From Actinomycetes bacterium (lineage in GTDB: Bacteria; Actinomycetota; Acidimicrobiia; Acidimicrobiales; JAJZXF01), in NCBI GenBank assembly GCA_021791755.1, contig JAJYWA010000003.1, forward strand, positions 6,719 to 70,718: a stretch of DNA of 64,000 nt, in the 5' to 3' direction. This document shows, piece after piece, positions 17,727 through 26,559 of the stretch. A program made the translations under genes and the position numbers. The first letter of the stretch is position 1; every line of letters begins with the position of its first letter. A model generated the notes under the pieces. That model was given only the letters and a program-made list of their open reading frames with translations, was not told the origin of the DNA and did not search any database.

Positions 17727-18645
17727 GGTGACCTGCCCGTCTCGAGACCTGATCGCAGAGGACGCAGAGGAGTGGTCCAGATCGTGCTGGGTAGCCTGGC
17801 GATGGAGGCCGCGACCGCGCCGGCTATGTTCGGGGCTCACGGCTTGATCCGGCAGGGTAGACACCTCGCGCGTTTGTCGAGGCAGGTCCGGCCGCTGGCC
17901 GAGCGGCATCGGTGGCCAAATCTTGGCGTTCCCGTTCCCGTTCGCCAACTGGACATGCCACAGCTTAACCTGAATGCAGCGCTTCAATCACGGCAGGCAT
18001 CACGGTACGAATCCAATGAGCTCGGCTTCGGAGGAACGACCCGCGTGAACGGTTGTTGTTCGCTCAGCGGTGAGTTTTTGTGCTGGTCGCCAAAGCGGCT
18101 GAAATACGAGAGCCAAGCGGGTGGTCAAGCGAGACACTACAAGGTGGAATCGTGAGCTGGATCTGTTGGGCTGGACCATGGCGTTGATCGCCAGTCTCTT
18201 CCGCTTGCGTTGGTTCTTGTCCGAGTTGTCGGTGGCCATGCGATGGTTGTCGCTTTGGCTCCCCGGCTCTGGGTTGCCATGGGTATCTTTCACTTTCACC
18301 GGGTGGGCAGCTGGCGCTGAGCGGTGCGGCGTGAACGTGCTTTATCGGGTTCAGTTGCTCCCCCGGGAGCGCTCCAGCCAGCATGGACTCTGGGCTCGCG
18401 TGTTGAAGAACGCATGTGGAGACGCTTTGGCGACCCTGGAGAAGTTCTGGGCGGCTGTCGCAGCCGACGTACAGCCTGTCGTCTGCAGGAGGGACGGGTG
18501 GACTTGGAGTGAGGCGATCTGTCACTGTGCCTAGTGGCTGCTCGATTCCCCGATGCGCAATGCCTCGATCGATGTCCGGCGATCGCGCGAGGCTGGCTTC
18601 CATCTGTATTATCACGACGGAGTGGTAGTTCAAAGAGTGATCGCA

Positions 18646-18682
18646 CACGAGGTGCGCTGGCATGTAAGGAGGTTTCCTCGTG
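18646..18682 (+). promoter_or_regulatory. hairpin enclosing a perfect SD and a GTG codon
   Basis: CACGAGG (18646-52) pairs with CCTCGTG (18676-82). Alternatively, GAGG of the SD (18669-72) pairs with CCTC (18676-79). Confidence 0.3.
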
Positions 18683-19033
18683 TACGCTTGGTCCGGAGCG
18701 TGTGCTTCCACGGGGCAAACTCCATGTAGCAGGCGAACATTAAAGCAAGTGTGGCGAAATGTGCGGGCCGCGTGGGAGGTGACGGGGCAAGTCTGCCCCG
18801 CGTCACGGAGCAATCTGATCAACGGGAGAGCGAAACTACAGGGGAAATCCGCGTCGAGGCCGAAGTGGGCATCCGACCATCACTGGGCATCCCCCGGTGA
18901 CCAGTCCGAGCGAGTGGAAGGCATAGCGACAAAGGTGGTTCTTGAAGGAACGCATCGACGAATGTATCTACGCACCCTTGTGGAGAGGTATGAGGGAACA
19001 GGAATGGTGAGAGACATCGGGGACAGCCGTTGA
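18680..19033 (+). CDS. hypothetical 117-aa ORF (doubtful)
   Basis: Perfect AAGGAGG lies 7 nt upstream of the GTG, and the stop overlaps the TTG start of the next gene (TTGA). However, the composition and third-position GC are poor and there is no recognisable domain. Confidence 0.2.
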   Translation: MYAWSGACASTGQTPCSRRTLKQVWRNVRAAWEVTGQVCPASRSNLINGRAKLQGKSASRPKWASDHHWASPGDQSERVEGIATKVVLEGTHRRMYLRTLVERYEGTGMVRDIGDSR

Positions 19034-20124
19034 TATTTGTTGAGGTCTTCAGATTGCTGGTCGTCCTCATCGGGGCGATAGCCGGTCTCCAGATTGGCAA
19101 GGAGATCAGCGCGGCATCTGCGGCCCCTGTGCTCGGCACGACGCTGGGTGCTTTCGTGACCTACGTAGCTGGAGGGGTTATTGGCCGTATGCTTGACCGA
19201 GGCATGGGCGCAGTTACGCGCAGGCTGCGTGACATCCCGCCGGCTGAGGTCTTCGCAGCCTCAGTGACCGGAGCGTTGGGCCTGCTCGTTGGTCTGGTGG
19301 CGGGCCTGCCGTTACTGGGCCTTGTTCGCTCCTCGATCGACTATCCGAGCCTGGCTGCTATTTGCTGGGTGATGGCCGTGCTGGCAGCACGGTTCGGGGC
19401 GAGCAAAGGCGAGCAGTTCGTCGACATGCTCAATCTCTCCAGAAGGCTGTCACGGCACACAGAGATCACGTCCGATGACTCCGCCCTGCTCGACTCATCC
19501 GCCCTTATGGACAAGTACCTACTCATCTTGGGTAATTCCGGGCTGCTGCCGCGTTCTTTGATCGTCCCCCAATTCGTGCTGGACCAGGTGGACACCATTG
19601 CGGCTGGCCCCGATCCTGTCTCGTCCCGGAGGGCGAAGAGAGGCCTCGAGTCACTGGACGCTCTTCGGTCCGCGGGAATCGTGATCCAGATCGCGGACGA
19701 GGAGGTTCCGGAGGTTGACGACCTCAATGAGAAAGTGGCAGCACTGGCGGAACGACTTGGCGCCCGCGCGATCACGTGCTCGGGCGAGGTGGCGTCGATG
19801 GTGGAGGCGCGCGGCGCCAAGGCGCTCGATCTGAGGCGGCTTTCGTCCAATCTATTGCCCGAGCACCTGCCAGGAGAGCACCTGACCGTAGACCTCGTGA
19901 GGCCAGGCCGCCAGGCGAGGCAAGCCATCGGCTATCTTCCCGATGGAGACATGGTCGTTGTCAACGACGCCGAGGAAGCGATCGGTAAAGTCGGCGTCGA
20001 CGTAGTGGTGGCATCCACCAGGCAGACGACCCAGGGTGTGCTGGTCTTTGCCAACCTGCGCTCGTCAGTGCGCAAAGACAGCGGATCTGCCGATCCGCCG
20101 GTGCAGTCGTTCTCGCCCAGCTGA
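19030..20124 (+). CDS. YacL-like membrane-associated PIN + TRAM domain protein
   Basis: N-terminal TM helices. PIN-like block LLDSSALMD...IVPQFVLDQVDTIA...RRAKRGLESL. C-terminal TRAM-like block GEHLTVDLVRPGRQARQAIGYLPDGDMVVV...VVASTRQTTQGVLVFA. Confidence 0.8.
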   Translation: MIFVEVFRLLVVLIGAIAGLQIGKEISAASAAPVLGTTLGAFVTYVAGGVIGRMLDRGMGAVTRRLRDIPPAEVFAASVTGALGLLVGLVAGLPLLGLVRSSIDYPSLAAICWVMAVLAARFGASKGEQFVDMLNLSRRLSRHTEITSDDSALLDSSALMDKYLLILGNSGLLPRSLIVPQFVLDQVDTIAAGPDPVSSRRAKRGLESLDALRSAGIVIQIADEEVPEVDDLNEKVAALAERLGARAITCSGEVASMVEARGAKALDLRRLSSNLLPEHLPGEHLTVDLVRPGRQARQAIGYLPDGDMVVVNDAEEAIGKVGVDVVVASTRQTTQGVLVFANLRSSVRKDSGSADPPVQSFSPS

Positions 20125-20170
20125 GCCAATCTTCGCTGGCATTTCGCGCTGCCCAAAGGGGCAGGTCCCG

Positions 20171-20234
20171 CGATTGTCGCATCGGCCGATTGTCGCATGG
20201 TCCGATTGTTCCTTCGGGCGATTGTCGTACGGTG
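20171..20234. repeat. 16-bp tandem repeat x4, intergenic
   Basis: CGATTGTCGCAT at 20171 and 20187, CGATTGTTCCTT at 20203, and CGATTGTCGTAC at 20219. Confidence 0.9.
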
Positions 20235-20526
20235 ATGGCGACCACACCACATGATCGATTATCGTCGAAGTGCTTTGCCGAGCCCGCGGAGTCGAGGGTC
20301 ACAGGATAGCTTCGGTTGGTCGGCCTGCGCGATCCCTCACGCTTTTCTCATGCTGCTCTCATACTGAGGTGGTCGACTTGTAGCGGCGGTGTACCGAGAT
20401 CCTCGGCGCCGTCTTGCTCGATTCCCGATCCCGTTCCTGGAGGATGCGTATGGCGAACAGCGGCAACGCGCCGTCTTGCTCGATCGCTCGCGTCGATGGC
20501 CGCGATGACGGCCGGCGTGTTGTGTC

Positions 20527-21798
20527 GTGCCTGTTGTCCGGCCAGCCATGTCGCGGTCTTGCCAGGTCTTCTCTGGCCAGTCATGGACCGCACCGGACAC
20601 CGGTACGGTAGTGGCGGCTGCGCTCAGGAGCCTAGTCGCACGCTGGTGCGACATCTTGCGCTCACCGATGCGGGTTGGCTTGCTCGCCTCCGGTGTCGGC
20701 GTCTTGATCGCCACAGCGCGGCTCCTCGTGGCGGCGCATGGCCACGCTGGCGACTTCGTGGTGGCTGGCAGGTACTTTGCCAATCCGAAGCTGGTTCCTC
20801 ATGGCGTGCGGGTGTTCCCGGGAACAGGTTATGACGGGCAGTTCTTCTACCGGATCGCGCTTGATCCGGCTGACTTTGCCCGTAGGGCCTTCGGTGTTCG
20901 GATCGACTCCTCCTACCGCTTCCAGCGCATTGGCTATCCGGTGCTCGGGTGGCTCGGCTCCCTGGGTGGTCACCCGTCAATGGTTCCGTGGTCCCTTATC
21001 GTCGTCAACCTGATAGCGGTCGGCGTGGCGGGATTCGCGGCTGCAGTGCTAGCAAGCCAGGCCGGTAGGCATCCTGCCTGGGGGCTCTTGATGGTTGGTT
21101 TCTTTGGATTTCCCTTTAGCCTGTCGCGCGACACTGCAGAGATCGTCACGGCGGGGTTCACCTTGATAGGGATCGTGGCGTTGCGCGGACGACGGTACGT
21201 GCTTGCCGCCGCCGCTTTGTCGGCAGCGGTGCTCACGCGCGAGACCGTGGTGCTGATTGTCTTTGCGTATGGAATCGTGAGGATTGTGGCCATTGTGCGG
21301 CGAAAGGCATCTCCTGGCGCGCCCGACCTCGCCTGGGTAGTGCCGGGGGTGGCTTTTGTCGGTTGGCAAGCGGTTGTGACTGCTTTCTCGTCCACTCCGG
21401 CAGTGAGCGATCTCTCAGCGAACCTCAGCATCCCGTTCGTGGCGATGGTCCGTGCGGTAAGCCACTGGGTTGCAGCGTTGCCGGCCACGGCCGCCGATCT
21501 TTGGGTGGAGCAGGCGGTCGTGCTGATCTTCGTTGTCATCGTCGCAGCGACAGGGCTGCGCAGGAGCTCGGCCCGCAGTTACGAGCGGTTGGCTTTCGTG
21601 CTACTGGCTGTCCTCAGCGTGTCACTTGCCTACGGGATCTGGGGCGGCCAGGCAGACTTCAGGAGCTTTTCGGAGCTGTACGTCTTCGCAGTGCTGGTTG
21701 CTATCGAGGTACGCCAACGTCGACACCTGTGGGTGATCGCTGCCCCGGTAGCTCTCGCATGGTTGCCGGTGGTGGTCCACCAAGTGGCCTTCATATGA
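20527..21798 (+). CDS. polytopic integral membrane protein of unknown function (possibly a GT-C-like glycosyltransferase)
   Basis: 423 aa with about 10 hydrophobic segments. An alternative ATG start lies at 20668 (MRVGLLASG). Confidence 0.55.
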   Translation: MPVVRPAMSRSCQVFSGQSWTAPDTGTVVAAALRSLVARWCDILRSPMRVGLLASGVGVLIATARLLVAAHGHAGDFVVAGRYFANPKLVPHGVRVFPGTGYDGQFFYRIALDPADFARRAFGVRIDSSYRFQRIGYPVLGWLGSLGGHPSMVPWSLIVVNLIAVGVAGFAAAVLASQAGRHPAWGLLMVGFFGFPFSLSRDTAEIVTAGFTLIGIVALRGRRYVLAAAALSAAVLTRETVVLIVFAYGIVRIVAIVRRKASPGAPDLAWVVPGVAFVGWQAVVTAFSSTPAVSDLSANLSIPFVAMVRAVSHWVAALPATAADLWVEQAVVLIFVVIVAATGLRRSSARSYERLAFVLLAVLSVSLAYGIWGGQADFRSFSELYVFAVLVAIEVRQRRHLWVIAAPVALAWLPVVVHQVAFI

Positions 21799-21962
21799 TG
21801 CAGGGCTCGACAGCTCACTTGTGTGGCTGGCTCCCGTGGCTGGCTCCCGTGGTGCCCATAGGCGATGGCGACTTGCCTCGGGACACCGCATGGATGGCTT
21901 GCTGACGTGTTCTGAGCAAGCGAGACCGTGCTTGGCGAACCAAGCAATTGGGGAGCCCCTGT

Positions 21963-21994
21963 TGGTAGCTGCTGGTCGGGTCCAGCAGCTACCA
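21963..21994. terminator. putative bidirectional intrinsic terminator hairpin between convergent genes
   Basis: A perfect 13-bp stem (TGGTAGCTGCTGG / CCAGCAGCTACCA) with a 6-nt loop. There is no clear U-tract. Confidence 0.45.
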
Positions 21995-22021
21995 GTTGCT
22001 AGTTGCTCCCGAATCTACCGG

Positions 22022-22402
22022 TCAGCTGTCTCCGTGGTCGTCCCCGCGCCCTCGGTGCTTTCTGGGCGGGTAGACGGAGCCAGTCGCGTTGGAGCCGTCC
22101 GTGCATGTCAGGTTCCAGGTTTCCTGGCCCTTGGGCTGCACGAAGGGAAGCGTCCAGAACGCGAGCCCCTGAGCGCTCGTGGTCTTGGTGACACCCGTAG
22201 GGGCACTGCTGCTCGATGTGGGGGCCAGTGTCGCGGTGCACGCCGTGCTCGGGTGCCCATATGCGAGGATCGCGAGCTGTGGAGTGCTTCCCGGAAGGGT
22301 CTGAGTGAGAACGTAGATGCCGGTTCCTGATGTGAACTGGCAGGCGCTCAGCCCGATCCCAGCTACCGCGGTCGCAACTAGTGCGAGGACCTTTGTCTTC
22401 AA
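22022..22402 (-). CDS. small lipoprotein
   Basis: AAGGAGG plus an 8-nt spacer plus a TTG start. Signal peptide with lipobox (AVAGIGLSAC). The longer ORF to 22522 lacks an RBS. Confidence 0.55.
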   Translation of the reverse strand: MKTKVLALVATAVAGIGLSACQFTSGTGIYVLTQTLPGSTPQLAILAYGHPSTACTATLAPTSSSSAPTGVTKTTSAQGLAFWTLPFVQPKGQETWNLTCTDGSNATGSVYPPRKHRGRGDDHGDS

Positions 22403-22615
22403 CTGCTCAGCCTCCTTGGTAATTGCTATCCATGACTGCGGCAAGCCTCTCGTGATATCGAAGTTTCCCGGTCGTCTCGTCTGACGCCGTCTCTTCACGG
22501 GATCACTTGGAGTCGGACGCACCTATTAGTATGTTTCAGCTCCAGTATCGACAATGGCTGGCTGAACCTTGAGGTTGGCTCAGGGTCCGCCGGTTTCCGG
22601 TACCATCGTGCACAG

Positions 22616-24025
22616 ATGCTTCGACCAATCGACCTGCGGGCGTTCAAGAAGGGCAGCGACAATCAGGCGCTGCTCGACATGTTGCCGCGTCCTGACGTCG
22701 TTGCCGACTTGCCAACAGCTGGCGTCCTGGCGATCTTGGATGAGGTCAGAGGTGGCGGGGACGCAGCACTGCGTGCCGCGACATCGAGGTTCGACGGCGT
22801 GCAGCTCGATGACATACAGGTCCCCCCCGCCGAGGTTGCGCTAGCGCGGACCCGGATCGCTGCTCCGCTGCTCGAAGCGCTTGAGGTCGCGCATGGCGCG
22901 ATCACGCATTACCACGAACGTTCGCGTCTAGTTGCGGCACAGGAGCCCTACGAACGGGACGGCGTGAGCGTGGCCGAGATGTGCGTTCCCGTGCAGAGGG
23001 CGGGGCTGTACGCTCCAGGGGGTAGAGCTAGGTACCCTTCGACGGTCCTGATGACTGCTGTTCCGGCGAGGGTCGCCGGGGTGCGCGAGATCATCCTTTG
23101 CGTCCCCCCCACGCAGGATGGCTCCGTAGATGACCTGACACTTGTTGCCGCGGACATCGCGGGGGTCCAAGAGGTGTACAGGGTTGGTGGCGCTCAGGCA
23201 ATAGCAGCCATGGCTTTCGGCACGGAGTCGATTGCTCCCGTAGAGGTGATAGCTGGACCGGGCAACATGTACGTAGCTCAGGCAAAGCGGGCGGTGTCTG
23301 GCGTGGTGGGCGTACCTTCTGCGTTTACCGGCCCATCGGAGGTAGTTGTTGTGGCCGACTCCTCGGCGCCCGTTGAACTGGCCGCGATTGACCTAGTTGT
23401 TCAGGCAGAACATGGCCCCGATGGCTTGGCATGGCTTATCACCTGGTCGAAGGAGCTCCTTGATGGAGTGACTTCCGAGGTGGCGAGGCTTGTGGTCGAG
23501 TCGCCGCGCAGGGATGATCTTGAAGCGACGCTCGGCAAGAACGGGTACGCTGTGCTCGTGAGCGGCCCGGAAGAGGCTATGGAGGTTGCTAATCACATCG
23601 CCCCGGAGCACCTCGAGCTGTGTGTGACTGATCCTGGATCACTCGTACCGCTGGTGAGGAATGCTGGGGCGGTGTTCTTGGGTTTGCTGACACCGGCCAG
23701 CCTGGGTGATTACGTGGCCGGTCCGAGCCATGTTCTCCCGACCAACAGCTCGGCCAGGTTCGCGTCGGCGTTGTCAGTGGAGGACTTCGTCAAGCGGGTG
23801 CACGTCATCTCCGTGAGCGAGCAAGCGCTTGCATTGCTTGCTCCGAGTGTGGCGGCTCTTGCGACCGCGGAGGGTCTCCCGGCGCATGCTGAGTCCGTGG
23901 CTCTTCGATTGACTAGACCCGACGGCGGAGTTGCCAGCGTGAGCCCGGACGCAGGTGTCGGCCCGGACGCAGGTGTCGGCTCTGCGGTGGCGAATGCCCT
24001 TGATGCCCCTACGCAGGCGCAGTGA
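22616..24025 (+). CDS. hisD: histidinol dehydrogenase with a C-terminal low-complexity extension
   Basis: 469 aa with hisD blocks (GPGNMYVAQAKR, VQAEHGPD, LGDYVAGPSHVLPT). First gene of the his cluster. Confidence 0.93.
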   Translation: MLRPIDLRAFKKGSDNQALLDMLPRPDVVADLPTAGVLAILDEVRGGGDAALRAATSRFDGVQLDDIQVPPAEVALARTRIAAPLLEALEVAHGAITHYHERSRLVAAQEPYERDGVSVAEMCVPVQRAGLYAPGGRARYPSTVLMTAVPARVAGVREIILCVPPTQDGSVDDLTLVAADIAGVQEVYRVGGAQAIAAMAFGTESIAPVEVIAGPGNMYVAQAKRAVSGVVGVPSAFTGPSEVVVVADSSAPVELAAIDLVVQAEHGPDGLAWLITWSKELLDGVTSEVARLVVESPRRDDLEATLGKNGYAVLVSGPEEAMEVANHIAPEHLELCVTDPGSLVPLVRNAGAVFLGLLTPASLGDYVAGPSHVLPTNSSARFASALSVEDFVKRVHVISVSEQALALLAPSVAALATAEGLPAHAESVALRLTRPDGGVASVSPDAGVGPDAGVGSAVANALDAPTQAQ

Positions 24026-25230
24026 GCTTCTCTGGTGCGAGCCACTCGCCCATAGCGAAGGCTGCGGGTCCATCTGGGCAGGTGGAACGGACAGGCGCTC
24101 GCGTAATGGACGCTGATCGGGGTTTGCGGCCAGAGGCTCCGGTCCCGGTGCGTGACGATCTCAGGCTGCATGCTGGCTATCACTCGCCACAAGTCGAGGT
24201 GGCGGTGCGGTTGAACACCAATGAATCCCCTTTCCCGCCTCCCGACGGCTGGTTCTTGGAGCTGCAAGAAGCGCTGGCATCGATACAGTTCAATCGTTAT
24301 CCTGACACGCGCGCTTCGCAGTTGCGGTCAGCGCTGGCAGACCACCATGGTCTCTTGCCCGAGCAGGTGTTCTGCGCCAACGGATCCAACGAGGTCATCC
24401 AGTGCCTCCTGCTGGCCTTTGGTGGAGCGGGCCGCTCTATGGTGGTCTTCGAGCCAACCTATGCGCTGCACTCTCACATCGCCCGGGTCACCGGCACCGG
24501 GGTGATCACCGGCGCCCGCGACGATGACCTGTTCGTCGACCTTGCCAGCGCTGAGCGTATCTTTGCCGAGCGCTCGCCAGAGATCGTGTTCTTGTGCTCG
24601 CCAAACAATCCCACAGGTCGCAGCGAGAGGCGTGAGACTGTGGAGTGGGTGTTGGAGAACAGCCGGGGGCTTGTCGTAGTCGACGAGGCTTATGGCCAGT
24701 TCGCCCCCTGGTCCGCCCTGTCGCTCGTTGAGCCGCAATCTTGCGAGGCCAGCGAACCAGATGCTTCGTCGTCAAGCAGGCTGATCGTTGTCCGTACTTT
24801 TTCCAAGACATGGGCCATGGCGGCTGCAAGGCTCGGATACTTGATAGGCCATCCTGGGGTGGTCGCCGCCTGCAGCGACGTGGCGCTCCCGTATCACCTA
24901 GACGCTGTGAAGCAGCTGGCAGGTAGGCTCGCCTTGAGCTGGCGTGCAGAGATGGAAGAACGGGTCTCGATGGTGGAGAGCGAGAGGGATCGCCTGATGT
25001 CGGCGATGGAAGCGCTGGAGGTGAAGGTCTGGCCATCTGACGCCAACTTCATCTTGTTCAAACCGTTGACATGTGGCGCGCATGAGTTGTGGAAGAAGCT
25101 GCTGGAGCGGTCGGTGCTCATCCGCGATCTGAGCGCATGGCCATCGCTGCCGGGCTGCCTGCGGGTCACTGTGGGTACGCCGGACGAGAACTCTGCCTTC
25201 CTTGCTGCGCTTGAAGGCATCATCCGGTGA
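24022..25230 (+). CDS. hisC: histidinol-phosphate aminotransferase
   Basis: RLNTNESPFPPP and FSKTWAMAAARLGY (the PLP lysine block). The GTG start overlaps the hisD stop (GTGA). An alternative ATG lies at 24106. Confidence 0.9.
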   Translation: MSFSGASHSPIAKAAGPSGQVERTGARVMDADRGLRPEAPVPVRDDLRLHAGYHSPQVEVAVRLNTNESPFPPPDGWFLELQEALASIQFNRYPDTRASQLRSALADHHGLLPEQVFCANGSNEVIQCLLLAFGGAGRSMVVFEPTYALHSHIARVTGTGVITGARDDDLFVDLASAERIFAERSPEIVFLCSPNNPTGRSERRETVEWVLENSRGLVVVDEAYGQFAPWSALSLVEPQSCEASEPDASSSSRLIVVRTFSKTWAMAAARLGYLIGHPGVVAACSDVALPYHLDAVKQLAGRLALSWRAEMEERVSMVESERDRLMSAMEALEVKVWPSDANFILFKPLTCGAHELWKKLLERSVLIRDLSAWPSLPGCLRVTVGTPDENSAFLAALEGIIR

Positions 25231-25844
25231 TGATGGTCTCGCAGTCCCCGAGTGCTCGCCGCGCAAGCGTTCAACGCCGCACGAACGAGACGCGCCTGGA
25301 TGCTTCGGTCGATCTGGACGGCAACGGTCGGGCCGATGTCTCCACCGGCCTGCCGTTCTTTGACCACATGCTCTCGGCGCTGTCTCGTCACTCTGGCATC
25401 GATCTCCACCTGATCGCGAGCGGAGATCTGCAGGTCGATGCCCATCACACGGTTGAGGACACGGGTCTCGTGATCGGGCAGGCTATAGCGGAGGCATTGG
25501 CGGACAAATCCGGCATCAGGCGGTTCGCGTCGATCGCTCTACCTCTGGATGAGGCGCTGATCGAAGTTGCGCTGGACATCTCGGGTCGGCCGTACCTCGA
25601 GTACGGCATATCGTTTCCACCCGACTCACTTGCTCTTGGTGATCCAGGCTTTGACCCGCAGCTCGCAGAGGAGTTCTGGAGGGCATTCGCGACCACCGCC
25701 TTGGTGACCTTGCACGTTCGGATGGTGGCGGGCAAGAACACCCATCATGTTCTTGAAGCCTCGTTCAAGGCAGTGGCGCGCTGCCTTGCGGACGCGGTCA
25801 GGATCGAGACACGAGGCGTGCCATCCACGAAGGGGGTGATCTGA
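25227..25844 (+). CDS. hisB: imidazoleglycerol-phosphate dehydratase
   Basis: RRTNETRLD, FFDHML, DAHHTVEDTG and NTHHVLEASFKA blocks. Confidence 0.93.
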   Translation: MMMVSQSPSARRASVQRRTNETRLDASVDLDGNGRADVSTGLPFFDHMLSALSRHSGIDLHLIASGDLQVDAHHTVEDTGLVIGQAIAEALADKSGIRRFASIALPLDEALIEVALDISGRPYLEYGISFPPDSLALGDPGFDPQLAEEFWRAFATTALVTLHVRMVAGKNTHHVLEASFKAVARCLADAVRIETRGVPSTKGVI

Positions 25845-25847
25845 CGC

Positions 25848-26453
25848 ATGATAGCGGTGCTGGACTACGGCATCGGCAACCTGCGATCTGCTGAGAAGGC
25901 GCTCGTTCACCTGGGCGTAGACGCGCGTCTCGTGACCAGTGAGCGACAGGCCAGGGGCGCCACGGGCATCGTGCTGCCTGGCGTGGGCGCATTTGGCGCC
26001 TGCATCAGGGCCTTGCGTTCCTCGGGCTTGGAGCGCGTTGCGATGAACGCGCTTGCAGAAGGCACTCCTTTCCTGGGTGTTTGCGTCGGTCTCCAGATGC
26101 TCTACGAGGCATCTGACGAGGAGCCCGGCGAGAGAGGACTGGGCGTTCTCGAAGGGAGAGTCCGCTCACTGCCCTCCGGCGTGAAGCGACCGCAGATGCA
26201 GTGGAACGTGCTTCTGCGGTCCGAACGCAGCCGCAGCCGCCTCCTCGAAGGGCTTGGCGACGCGTCGTGGGTCTACTTTGTGCACTCTTACGCGCCGGAG
26301 ATGACCGATGATGTCGTTGCCACGTGCGAATACGGTGGTGTCGTGGTTGCCGCGGTCGAGCGGGACAGTCTTTGGGGCACCCAGTTCCATCCCGAGAAGT
26401 CCGGTGCAACTGGGCTCGCAATACTGCGCAACTTTACGCGCCAGTGCGCCTGA
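25848..26453 (+). CDS. hisH: imidazole glycerol phosphate synthase, glutamine amidotransferase subunit
   Basis: MIAVLDYGIGNLRS, LGVCVGLQML and FHPEKS blocks. Confidence 0.93.
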   Translation: MIAVLDYGIGNLRSAEKALVHLGVDARLVTSERQARGATGIVLPGVGAFGACIRALRSSGLERVAMNALAEGTPFLGVCVGLQMLYEASDEEPGERGLGVLEGRVRSLPSGVKRPQMQWNVLLRSERSRSRLLEGLGDASWVYFVHSYAPEMTDDVVATCEYGGVVVAAVERDSLWGTQFHPEKSGATGLAILRNFTRQCA

Positions 26454-26559
26454 AGTCCTACGTCGCCGACGGCCTGCGACCCGCAAGGGGGCTCGTGGCT
26501 TTCGCTATGACCCATGTTCCTCGGACCGCGATAACAGCGAGTCTCCTCGAGACGCTCTG

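Noticed and set aside
18064-18822. 252-aa minus-strand ORF (and the 137-aa plus-strand ORF 18121-18534) in the gene-poor region
   Set aside because: No RBS, odd composition (His/Pro/Cys/Ser-rich), low third-position GC and no recognisable domain. The region is treated as non-coding or unknown instead.
17988-19029. Known structured RNAs (RNase P, tmRNA, SRP RNA, 6S, group II intron domain V, cobalamin/TPP/SAM/c-di-GMP/c-di-AMP riboswitches)
   Set aside because: I looked for their hallmark conserved strings on both strands and found none. This was a by-eye check only, so it is not definitive.
20171-20234. Interpretation of the 16-bp repeats as a CRISPR array or as oriC DnaA boxes
   Set aside because: The units are contiguous with no spacers, and there are only four. 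No cas genes are present, and no dnaA/dnaN or AT-rich unwinding element is nearby. The array is kept only as an unexplained tandem repeat.
26308-26559. Upstream extension of hisA in the ORF track
   Set aside because: It overlaps hisH out of frame. The conserved HisA N-terminus ([12 protein letters not shown]) begins at 26560.
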